Shown here: positions 56,150-64,000 of the stretch, piece after piece
Layout: each line of letters starts with the position of its first letter
Numbering within the stretch: the first letter of the stretch is position 1
DNA from: an uncultured bacterium
GTDB taxonomy: Bacteria > Gemmatimonadota > Gemmatimonadetes > Gemmatimonadales > Gemmatimonadaceae
DNA: 64,000 bases
NCBI GenBank assembly: GCA_963978095.1
Contig: CAXBQP010000008.1
Coordinates: 1-64,000 of the forward strand
Direction of reading: 5' to 3'
Program-made: the position numbers and the translations under genes
Notes under the pieces: model-generated
Seen by the model: only the letters and a program-made list of their open reading frames with translations
Databases searched by the model: none
Told to the model about the DNA's origin: nothing

Positions 56150-57355
56150 ATGCAATCGATCGTCCGGAGTATTTGTCTGTTGATGTTCTCCGCCGGCGCG
56201 ATATTGGCGCAGCAGCCGCTGTCGCGGGCGGAGGCATGGAGCGCCGCGTTGACCCGAGGCGCGCGAATGGGGATGGCCCGTGCCGACTCGGCGATGGCCA
56301 AGGGGGCCTTGCTCACCGCGCGCCAGTTCGAGAATCCCACCGTCGGCGTCAGCTACAGCCGCTCGACGCCGCAGGAGCACTACGCGGTCGACCTGCCGCT
56401 CGACTATCCCTGGCTTCGGCGCGATCGCGTGGGCAGCGCCGAGGCGGGGTATGCGGCGGCGCGCATTCGGCTGAAGCTCGAGCGCGCGGCCAGTGCCTAT
56501 GAGGTGGATGCCGGTTACACCGAGGCGCTCTCCACCGCGCAGCGTGCGCGACTGTCGGCCCTCACGGCGCGTGACGCGGACAGCGTCCTGACGCTCGCCA
56601 AACATCGACACGACGCGGGCGACGGATCGGAGCTCGATGTGCAACTCGCCATCGTGAACGCCGGGCAACTCGCGAACGACGCGGCCCGCGACCACCTCGA
56701 TGCGCAGTCCGCGTTGTTGGCATTGCAAGCGATGATCGGCCTGGCGGCGGACAGCGTCCGCGTGGTCCTGACGGATACGCTCGAACCGGGCACGATGCGC
56801 GCAGCGACGGCGGCGGCTCCCTTGTTGGCGGTCGCGGCGGCGGAGGAAGATCTGGTGGCCGCTGATCGGGCGTTGGCGCTTGCACGCGGACTGCTGTGGC
56901 CGGCACCATCGGTGTCGTTGGGGTTCGAGAGCCGCGACCCCGGCGGGACGGAGAATCAGGCGTTGCCGACGATCGGGATCTCCTTTCCGCTCCCGATCCT
57001 CAACAAGAACACCGGCGCCGTGGCACAAGCGCAGGCGGCGCGCGACCGGGCGGCGGCAGCACGCCTCGCGGCGCAGATCGGGGCCACGCAGCAGGCTGCC
57101 AAAGCGTCGCGCGAGGCCACGGCGGCGCGCGCGCGATTGGACCGCAGTGCGCAGTTGCTGCGGGCGGCTGATCGGGTCGCGGCACTCGCCCTCGTGGCCT
57201 TCCGCGAAGGTGCGGCGGCGCTGCCGTCGGTGCTCGAAGCCCAACGGAGCGCCCGCGCCGCGATGACCCAGTACGTGAACGATCTGGCCGCGACACGCAC
57301 GGCGAACGCCCTGCTCCAGTTCGCCACGCTCACCGTGAACGACACGATCCCATGA
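56150..57355 (+). CDS. TolC-family outer membrane efflux protein
   Basis: Signal peptide, ENPTVGV, Ala-rich coiled coils, ISFPLP, FREG...VLEAQR. Confidence 0.85.
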   Translation: MQSIVRSICLLMFSAGAILAQQPLSRAEAWSAALTRGARMGMARADSAMAKGALLTARQFENPTVGVSYSRSTPQEHYAVDLPLDYPWLRRDRVGSAEAGYAAARIRLKLERAASAYEVDAGYTEALSTAQRARLSALTARDADSVLTLAKHRHDAGDGSELDVQLAIVNAGQLANDAARDHLDAQSALLALQAMIGLAADSVRVVLTDTLEPGTMRAATAAAPLLAVAAAEEDLVAADRALALARGLLWPAPSVSLGFESRDPGGTENQALPTIGISFPLPILNKNTGAVAQAQAARDRAAAARLAAQIGATQQAAKASREATAARARLDRSAQLLRAADRVAALALVAFREGAAALPSVLEAQRSARAAMTQYVNDLAATRTANALLQFATLTVNDTIP

Positions 57356-58443
57356 AACGACTGCCCGCTTGCGCGACGATGTTCCTCGCTCCCCTCGTGC
57401 TCCCGCTGATGGTGACGGGATGCGAAAAGAAGGAGGGGGAGAAAGAGAAGGCCACGGCCGAAGTCACTGCTGAGGTCGCGCCGGCCACGGCGGAGACTTT
57501 CTCCGAGGTCGCCGAGGCGGTCGGCATCGTGACGCCTCGGGTGGGGCGGGTCGCCGCGTTGGCGGCGCCGTCGCCGACGCGGGTGGCACGCGTCTTCGTG
57601 ACCACGGGAGCGGCGGTGAAAGTGGGCGATCCGTTGATCGAGTTCGAACGGGCGCCCTTCGAGTCGGCGGCGGCGAGTGCGGAAGCCACCTTGCAGGCCG
57701 CGGAGCGGGCGGCGGAGCGCGCCCGGCGGCTCGCCGATGCGGGTGTCGGCGCACGCAAAGACGCGGAGTCCGCAGCGGCCGATCTGGCGGCGGCGACATC
57801 GAATGCGGTGACGGCGCGACGTGCGCGGGAACTCGCCACGCTCCGTTCGCCGATCGCGGGGGTCGTCACGCGCCTCTCGGCGGTGCTTGGCGCGAGCGCC
57901 GATGCCGGGCTGTCGTTGGTCGAGGTGTCGGATCCGACCGCCCTGGACGTGGTCGTCGGGCTCGACCCCGCGGTGGCGGCGAGCGTGCAGCGCGGACAGG
58001 CAGTGACGCTGTTCGGGGGGGCGGCGGCCGAGGGATCGCCGGTAGCCCATGGCACGGTGGCAGACGTGGCGATGGCGGTCGATACGGCCAGTCGCGGCGT
58101 GTCGGTGCGGGTCACGGTGGACCAGATGACGCGCCCGCTGCGCTTCGGGGAAACCGTGTTCGCCCGGGTCGCGGTCGCCGCGCATGCTGCGGCGGTGGTC
58201 GTGCCGGTCGCTGCGCTGGTGCCGACGGGCGAGGGGTTCCGTGTCTTCGTCGTGGACGAGTCGGGGATCGCCCATGCGCGCGCGGTGAAGGTCGGCGCGC
58301 GCAGCGACCACGGCATCTGGGTGCGCGAGGGACTCAAGGCGGGGGAGCAGGTGGTCACCATCGGCGCATACGGAATGGACGACAGCGCGAAAGTGGTCGG
58401 CAAGGAGCAGAAGCCGGGCAAGGCGGGAGCGAAGGCGCCGTGA
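57352..58443 (+). CDS. RND efflux membrane fusion (adaptor) lipoprotein
   Basis: Lipobox VTGC, GAAVKVGDPL, LRSPIAGVV, VVPVAAL, GLKAGEQVV. Confidence 0.9.
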   Translation: MKRLPACATMFLAPLVLPLMVTGCEKKEGEKEKATAEVTAEVAPATAETFSEVAEAVGIVTPRVGRVAALAAPSPTRVARVFVTTGAAVKVGDPLIEFERAPFESAAASAEATLQAAERAAERARRLADAGVGARKDAESAAADLAAATSNAVTARRARELATLRSPIAGVVTRLSAVLGASADAGLSLVEVSDPTALDVVVGLDPAVAASVQRGQAVTLFGGAAAEGSPVAHGTVADVAMAVDTASRGVSVRVTVDQMTRPLRFGETVFARVAVAAHAAAVVVPVAALVPTGEGFRVFVVDESGIAHARAVKVGARSDHGIWVREGLKAGEQVVTIGAYGMDDSAKVVGKEQKPGKAGAKAP

Positions 58444-61400
58444 GCGACCCGACGCACGACGCGCGCGGCGGTTCGCTGTTCGATGTGCTCTCCGGGCAGC
58501 GCCGGTTCATCTATCTCGCCGTGGCGTTGCTCAGTGCGGCGGGCCTGTGGTCGGCCATGCAGTTGCCGTCGGCGATCTATCCCGAGCTGACCTTTCCGCG
58601 CATCACCATCGTGGCCGAGGGATCGTCGCTCGGTGCGCGGCAGGTGGTCTTCGCGATGACGCGACCGATCGAGGAGGCCGTGAGCATCGTGCCCGGCGTG
58701 GAGCGCGTGAAGTCGCGCTCGATCCGCGGGTCGAGCGAGGTGTCGATCACCTTCAATGAGCATACGGACATGCCGTATGCGCTGCAGTTGGTGCGGACGC
58801 GTGTCGAGGAGATTCGCGGCGAGCTGCCACCGGGGCTCGATATCCAAGTCGAGCGGTTGGCGCCGTCCCTCTTTCCGGTGCTCTCGTACAACCTGGAAGG
58901 GGGCGACCCCGCCACGTTGTATGACATCGCGCGGTACCAGATCAAGCCGGTGCTCTCGCGAGTGCCCGGAGTCGGGCGCGTGGACATCCAGGGGACGGAT
59001 GTCCGTGAGATCGAGGTGATCGCGGATCCGGCGCGGCTCGCGGCGGCGGGGCTGACGTATGACGACCTGGCCTCGGCCATCAAGGCGGGGATCGCCGTCG
59101 ACGCGGTGGGGCGCGTCGCGCGGGACTACAAACAATATCTGGTCGTGGCGGCACAGGAGGCACACTCGGCGGAGGATGTGGCCGCCGTGGTCGTGCGCGG
59201 CGCGCTCCGGGTGCGGGATCTCGCGACGGTCGTGCCGGGGACCGAGGATCATGTGCGAGTGGTGGCGGGCGACGGGAAGCCGGCCGCGCTGATCAATGTG
59301 ACGCGCCAGGTGGGGGGAAACACGATCGAGATCCGGGACAGCGTGGCCCGGGTGGCCTCGGCGCTGGCGTCGACCCTGCCTCCTGGCGTGCGACTCAAGC
59401 CCGTGTACGATCAGGCCGCGCTGGTGGCGGATGCGGTCAGCGCCGTGCGCGACGCCATGCTCATCGGAGCGCTGTTGGCCGTGATCATCCTGCTGCTCTT
59501 TTTGCGGCATGGTCGCATCACCGCCATCAGCGCGACGGCGATTCCGCTGACCCTCGCGGTCACGATGTTCCTCATGCGGCTGTTGGGCCAGACCTTCAAC
59601 CTTATGACGCTGGGGGCGATGGCGATCGCGATCGGCCTGGTGATCGACGATGCGGTGGTGATCACCGAGAACATCGTCCGTCATCTCCGGCTCACGGACG
59701 ACCGCACCGCCGCCATTCGGCACGCGGTTCAGGAACTGATCTGGCCGGTGACATCGTCGACGATCACGACGGTGGTGGTGTTCCTGCCGCTCGGTCTGTT
59801 GGAGGGGGTCGCGGGGCAGTTCTTCTCCGCGTTGTCGCTGACGCTGACGATCGCGGTGCTCGTCTCGCTGGTGCTGGCGCTCACCGTGATCCCGTTGATG
59901 AGCGAGCAGTTCCTGAGGGACGAGGATACGCACGACCGCGTGCCGGATGGGCGTGGCGGACCGCTGGTCCGAATCTCTCGGGCATTGGATGCGTTGGCCG
60001 TTCGGTACGCGCGCGGGCTGTCGGCGATCCTGCCCCGTCGCGGCCTGATCCTCGCGGTTGCCGTGCTGTTGGCCGCCGCGGGGGTCGGCGCCTACCGTGT
60101 GGTGGGAACCGGGTTCCTCCCCGAGATGGATGAGGGCTCGTTCATCCTCGATTACTGGAGTCCGGGCGGGACCGCGCTGGCGGAGACGGATCGGCAGTTG
60201 CGGATCGTGGAGCGGATCCTTGCCGAGACGCCGGAGGTGGCGGGGACATCACGCCGGACCGGTGCCGAACTCGGGTTGTTCGCGACGGAACAGAACCGCG
60301 GCGACATCGCGGTGCGTTTGGTCCCGCATGGCGAGCGTTCGCGGACCATTGAAGCGGTGATGGACGAGGTCCGCGGGAAGATCGAGGCCGCCACGCCGCG
60401 TCTGCGGGTCGAGTTCGTGCAGATCCTCTCGGATGTGTTGGACGATCTGTCCGGGGCGTCGCGTCCGGTCGAGGTGAAATTGTTCGGGTCCGATCTCGTC
60501 GCCCTCGAGCGGTACGCGGCGATTCTCGCGCCGAAGGTGCAGAAGGTCGAGGGGCTGGAGGATTTCTTTGCGGGGGTCGCGCCGCCGGCGGCGGAAATGG
60601 GGATGCACGTCAAGGCAGCTGAGGCCTCGCGGCTCGGACTGACCGCGCAGCAAGTGAGTGCCGCGGTGAGCGGGGCGCTGTTGGGGGTCTCGGCTGGGGA
60701 GATTCGCCTGGATGATCGGTCGATCGGCGTTCGCGTGCGCGCGAGCGACGCGGTCCGGTTGAACGCGAACCGTTTGGGTGCGCTCCCGATTTACTCGCCG
60801 CAAACGCATCAGGCTGCGGCGCTCTCGTCGTTGGCGGATTTCACGACGGAGGATGTCCGCAGCGAGCATCTCCGGGAAAATCAGCAGCAGTTGCTGGCCA
60901 TCACGGCCGGGGTGGAAGGGCGTGCGTTGAGTGAGGCCATGGCCGATGTGCGCGAGATCCTCGACGCGAATCCCGCACCGGCCGGGATCCGCGTGGAGTT
61001 GGGGGGGCGATACGCCAGCCAACAGCGCGCCTTCCGTGCCCTGCTGATCGTGTTGGGGCTGGCGGCCGTGAGTGTGATGGCCGTCATGGTACTGCAGTTC
61101 CGGAGTTTCGTGGAGCCACTGGTGGTATTGCTGGCGGCACCGTTGTCGTTCGTCGGGGCGTTGGCCATCCTGATCGTGACCAGGACGCCCTTGAATGTCG
61201 CGAGCTTCATGGGATTGATCCTGCTGGTGGGACTGGTCGTGAAGAACGGCATCATCCTGCTCGATTTCACGCGCCACCGCATGCAGCAGGGGGGAGTGGA
61301 CCTCGAAACCGGGATCCGCGAGGCGGCGGCGGTGCGTTTGCGACCCATCCTGATGACGACACTCTGCACCTTGTTCGGCCTGCTGCCGCTGGCGCTCGGG

Positions 61401-61550
61401 ATCGGTGCCGGGAGCGAGTTGCAGAAGCCGTTGGCCTTGGCGGTCATTGGTGGGCTGGCGCTGTCGACGCCGGTGACGCTTTTCGTGGTGCCCGTGCTGT
61501 TGGTCGCGATTCGCGGTGCCGGGTATCGGTTGCCGACGACATCGCGCTGA
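58440..61550 (+). CDS. RND efflux permease (AcrB/CusA superfamily)
   Basis: TRPIEEAV, GLVIDDAVV..ENI, FLPEMDEG, KNGIIL, RLRPILMT. Confidence 0.95.
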   Translation: MSDPTHDARGGSLFDVLSGQRRFIYLAVALLSAAGLWSAMQLPSAIYPELTFPRITIVAEGSSLGARQVVFAMTRPIEEAVSIVPGVERVKSRSIRGSSEVSITFNEHTDMPYALQLVRTRVEEIRGELPPGLDIQVERLAPSLFPVLSYNLEGGDPATLYDIARYQIKPVLSRVPGVGRVDIQGTDVREIEVIADPARLAAAGLTYDDLASAIKAGIAVDAVGRVARDYKQYLVVAAQEAHSAEDVAAVVVRGALRVRDLATVVPGTEDHVRVVAGDGKPAALINVTRQVGGNTIEIRDSVARVASALASTLPPGVRLKPVYDQAALVADAVSAVRDAMLIGALLAVIILLLFLRHGRITAISATAIPLTLAVTMFLMRLLGQTFNLMTLGAMAIAIGLVIDDAVVITENIVRHLRLTDDRTAAIRHAVQELIWPVTSSTITTVVVFLPLGLLEGVAGQFFSALSLTLTIAVLVSLVLALTVIPLMSEQFLRDEDTHDRVPDGRGGPLVRISRALDALAVRYARGLSAILPRRGLILAVAVLLAAAGVGAYRVVGTGFLPEMDEGSFILDYWSPGGTALAETDRQLRIVERILAETPEVAGTSRRTGAELGLFATEQNRGDIAVRLVPHGERSRTIEAVMDEVRGKIEAATPRLRVEFVQILSDVLDDLSGASRPVEVKLFGSDLVALERYAAILAPKVQKVEGLEDFFAGVAPPAAEMGMHVKAAEASRLGLTAQQVSAAVSGALLGVSAGEIRLDDRSIGVRVRASDAVRLNANRLGALPIYSPQTHQAAALSSLADFTTEDVRSEHLRENQQQLLAITAGVEGRALSEAMADVREILDANPAPAGIRVELGGRYASQQRAFRALLIVLGLAAVSVMAVMVLQFRSFVEPLVVLLAAPLSFVGALAILIVTRTPLNVASFMGLILLVGLVVKNGIILLDFTRHRMQQGGVDLETGIREAAAVRLRPILMTTLCTLFGLLPLALGIGAGSELQKPLALAVIGGLALSTPVTLFVVPVLLVAIRGAGYRLPTTSR

Positions 61551-61617
61551 CACGTCGGCGCGCTAGTATTCAGCGGTGTCCAGCGACATGCATCAACTCA
61601 ACCCAGGAGTCGGACCC

Positions 61618-62094
61618 ATGCGTGCTAATCGGAATGGAGTGGCGCTGCTGTTGCTGGTGGTGACGGCAGTCTCGGCGGAAGCGCAGGGAAAGACCGCGCC
61701 GGCTGCGACGCCGGCTGCGACGCCGGCGTCCCCCGGTGGGGCTGGTTCGTTGGTGAAGGTGAAGGAAGCCAAACCCGGCCTGTTGAAGAAGGCCAAGGTG
61801 ACCGCCGAGTCGGCGATCGCGGCCGCACAGGCCAAGTTCCCGAAGGCGAAGCTCGCGTCGGCGGAGATCGAAGAAGAGGATGGGAAGCTGATTTTCTCGC
61901 TGGACTTCAAGACGGATGGAAAAGCCGGCATCGATGAGGTCGCGGTTGACGCGCTGACCGGCAAGGTCCTGAAGTCCGAACACGAGTCTCCTGAGGACGA
62001 AGCCAAGGAAGCGAAGGCGGACAAAGCCAAGGCGGACAAAGCCGGCGCGGCCAAGCCGGCCGCCCAGAAGCCGGCTCCCAAGAAGCCGGTCTGA
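61618..62094 (+). CDS. PepSY-domain periplasmic protein
   Basis: AGGAG RBS, signal peptide, EIEEEDGKLIFS..EVAVDALTGKVL; low-complexity PAAT and KADKA repeats. Confidence 0.85.
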   Translation: MRANRNGVALLLLVVTAVSAEAQGKTAPAATPAATPASPGGAGSLVKVKEAKPGLLKKAKVTAESAIAAAQAKFPKAKLASAEIEEEDGKLIFSLDFKTDGKAGIDEVAVDALTGKVLKSEHESPEDEAKEAKADKAKADKAGAAKPAAQKPAPKKPV

Positions 62095-62186
62095 ATCCTC
62101 GCGACGTCGGGCGATCGGGCCGTGGTGCGGGGCGCGCGAGATCTCGCGCCCCTGTGCCGCGGCCCGCGTCATGCTAGAATCCCCGG

Positions 62187-62882
62187 ATGCGCATTCTTGT
62201 CGTCGAAGACGACCCTGAAGTGGCGGAGTTCCTGGTGCGCGTCCTCCGCGAATCCGCGTGGGCCCCTGATGCGGTGACCACCGGCGAGGCCGCGCTGGAT
62301 GCGCTGGAGGCGACCGCGTACGACCTGATGGTGCTCGACCTTGGACTGCCGGGGATGGACGGATTTGCCGTCTGCCGCGCGCTGCGCGGGCGCGGTGACC
62401 GGACTCCCGTGCTGATGCTGACGGCGCGAAACGCCGTCAATGACCGGGTGCTCGGACTCGACGCCGGCGCCGACGACTACCTGGCCAAGCCGTTCGCCGT
62501 GAGCGAGTTGCGTGCCCGACTCCGGGCGTTGGCGCGGCGTCCGTCGGCAACGGTCGCACCGGTCCTCCGGGTGGCGAACCTCTGCCTGGACCCGGCATCG
62601 CATCACGCGGAGCGCGGCGGAACGTCGATCACGTTGACGGCGCGCGAGTTCGCGTTGCTCGAGTATCTGATGCGGAATCCGCGCCGCGTGGTGAGTCGGG
62701 CGCAGATCCTCGAGCATGTGTGGGACGACAACTTCGATCCGGTCGCCAACGCGGTGGATGTGCTCGTCGGCCGTGTCCGTCGCAAGATCGACGCGTCGGG
62801 CGAGGCTCCGTTGCTGCATACCGTGCGCGGCGCGGGGTACATGCTCACCGATCGGCCACCCGGAGGGAGCGATGCCGGCTAG
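62187..62882 (+). CDS. OmpR-family response regulator
   Basis: MRILVVEDD, LDLGLPG, GADDYLAKPF, HTVRGAGY. Confidence 0.93.
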   Translation: MRILVVEDDPEVAEFLVRVLRESAWAPDAVTTGEAALDALEATAYDLMVLDLGLPGMDGFAVCRALRGRGDRTPVLMLTARNAVNDRVLGLDAGADDYLAKPFAVSELRARLRALARRPSATVAPVLRVANLCLDPASHHAERGGTSITLTAREFALLEYLMRNPRRVVSRAQILEHVWDDNFDPVANAVDVLVGRVRRKIDASGEAPLLHTVRGAGYMLTDRPPGGSDAG

Positions 62883-64000
62883 TCGACTCCGCCTGCGGAT
62901 CGCGCTGGGCTTCGCCGTCGTCTTCGCTGCGGCGCTCGCGATCTTCGCGGCGGCCTCGGTGACGTATCTGCGTCGCGAGTCGGAGCGTCGGCTCGATGGT
63001 CGCCTCGGTGCGGTCGCACGCGACGTCGTGGCCGGGGTGCAACGGGAGTTGGAGGAGTCGCCCGATTCGACGATCGGCTTCGCGTCGCACGAGGTCGTCT
63101 ACGAGTGGCCGGCGAATGGGGATGCGTTCGTCGTGCTCGACGCGACGGGGCGGGCGGTGGCGGCACTCGATCGCGACTCGACGGCGTCGGCGGTCGTCGC
63201 GGCGTACCCGCCGGCCGGAGATACGGCGCGCTTCGATGTGCGGAGTGGTGTGGCGCGATATCGGGTGGTCGTGCGTCCGGTAACCTTGCCAGGTACGCTG
63301 CGTCGCCCACCCCGTCAGTTCACGGTGCTCGCCTTCGGTTCGACGCGCGGAATCGAGGACGATGTCCGCGTGCTCGGCAGCGCGTTGGCAGTGGCGGCGC
63401 CGCTGATCCTGTTCCTCGCGTTGGGGGCAGGCTATCTGCTGTCCGGACGTGCGTTGGCGCCGGTGGCGGATCTCGGTCAGGCGATCGCGGGGGTCGCGCC
63501 GACGGATCTCTCACGACGCCTCGTGGTCGCGGGGTCCGGCGACGAGGTCGATCGGATCGCGGTGGAGTTCAACAGCCTGATGGCGCGACTTGACGACGCC
63601 CAACGCCGGAACCGGGGCTTCGTGCGCGAAGCCGCCCATCAAATACGCACGCCGCTGACGCTGGTGCTTGGAGAGTCCGCGCACGTGCTCGCCGATGCGA
63701 GGGCCGATGCGGCGGCCCTGCGCGCGGCGCTGCAGCGCGTGGGGGGAGCGGCCGAGCAGATGCGTCGTCGCGTCGACGAGCTGTTCCTGCTGGCGGAGGC
63801 GCAGAGCGGGGAGCCCGTCCGACTGGAAGACGCGGTAGAGCTCGACGGTCTCCTGCTCGACACCACGGACCTGATGCGGGGGCGCGCCGCGTCGCTCGGG
63901 AGGCAGCTCGCGATCGGCGAGGCCGACCACGTGGTCGTACGGGGGAACGCCGCCCTGCTTCGCGAGGCGCTGCTGGAGCTGATCGAGAACGGGTGCCGGC
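62872..64000 (+). CDS. Sensor histidine kinase with HAMP domain (3' partial; absent from the ORF track)
   Basis: Manual translation from ATG 62872: MPASRLRLRIALGF (TM1), TM2, HAMP, H-box FVREAAHQIRTPLT, N-box LLELIENG at the window edge. Confidence 0.88.
   Translation, partial: MPASRLRLRIALGFAVVFAAALAIFAAASVTYLRRESERRLDGRLGAVARDVVAGVQRELEESPDSTIGFASHEVVYEWPANGDAFVVLDATGRAVAALDRDSTASAVVAAYPPAGDTARFDVRSGVARYRVVVRPVTLPGTLRRPPRQFTVLAFGSTRGIEDDVRVLGSALAVAAPLILFLALGAGYLLSGRALAPVADLGQAIAGVAPTDLSRRLVVAGSGDEVDRIAVEFNSLMARLDDAQRRNRGFVREAAHQIRTPLTLVLGESAHVLADARADAAALRAALQRVGGAAEQMRRRVDELFLLAEAQSGEPVRLEDAVELDGLLLDTTDLMRGRAASLGRQLAIGEADHVVVRGNAALLREALLELIENGCR

Noticed and set aside
61695..62090. Short tandem repeats in the PepSY gene (12-bp and 15-bp units) and FPGG repeats at the ffh 3' end
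   Set aside because: In-frame low-complexity protein linkers, not CRISPR or mobile repeats
63628..63660. H-box HQIRTP lacking the usual acidic H+1 residue
   Set aside because: HQ(L/I)RTP variants occur in functional HisKA kinases, so this is no evidence of a pseudokinase

Overview
High-GC bacterial chromosomal window, most likely Gemmatimonadota (inferred from gene content and protein style, not from a search). It holds about 54 CDS and 2 tRNAs; I found no CRISPR array, integrase, transposase or phage gene. In order: tail of a nos-type cluster (nosY-like permease, blue-copper lipoprotein); trpE/adenylate cyclase/Kdo kinase/heptosyltransferase run; unknown outer-membrane protein, orphan GspE/PilB ATPase, NUDIX; tig-clpP-clpX-yihA-prfC; crtI-crtB-cruF behind tRNA-Leu; dnaK-degP; a ~16 kb phosphate/nucleotide block (DUF47, PiT, ppk1, ppx, Oar-type TonB receptor, phoR, phoB, udk, cpdB-like nucleotidase, small beta-grasp protein, add, punA); M48 peptidase, trmH, pilD, two lipoproteins; lon; ffh-rpsP-rimM-(2x GT4)-trmD-rplS-rnhB; GT-C-like membrane protein; tRNA-Lys; TolC/MFP/RND/PepSY/two-component cassette running off the end. 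The best candidate for an undescribed system is the PhoBR-linked nucleotide-phosphate scavenging block, with three Pho-box-like repeats and an uncharacterised ubiquitin-fold-like protein. Other leads are a sigma54 promoter with palindromic enhancer-like sites at dnaK, a sigmaE-like promoter inside the dnaK terminator, recurrent leaderless-type starts, and a duplicated glycosyltransferase pair inside the rpsP-trmD operon. All calls are by eye from motifs, with no database searches.
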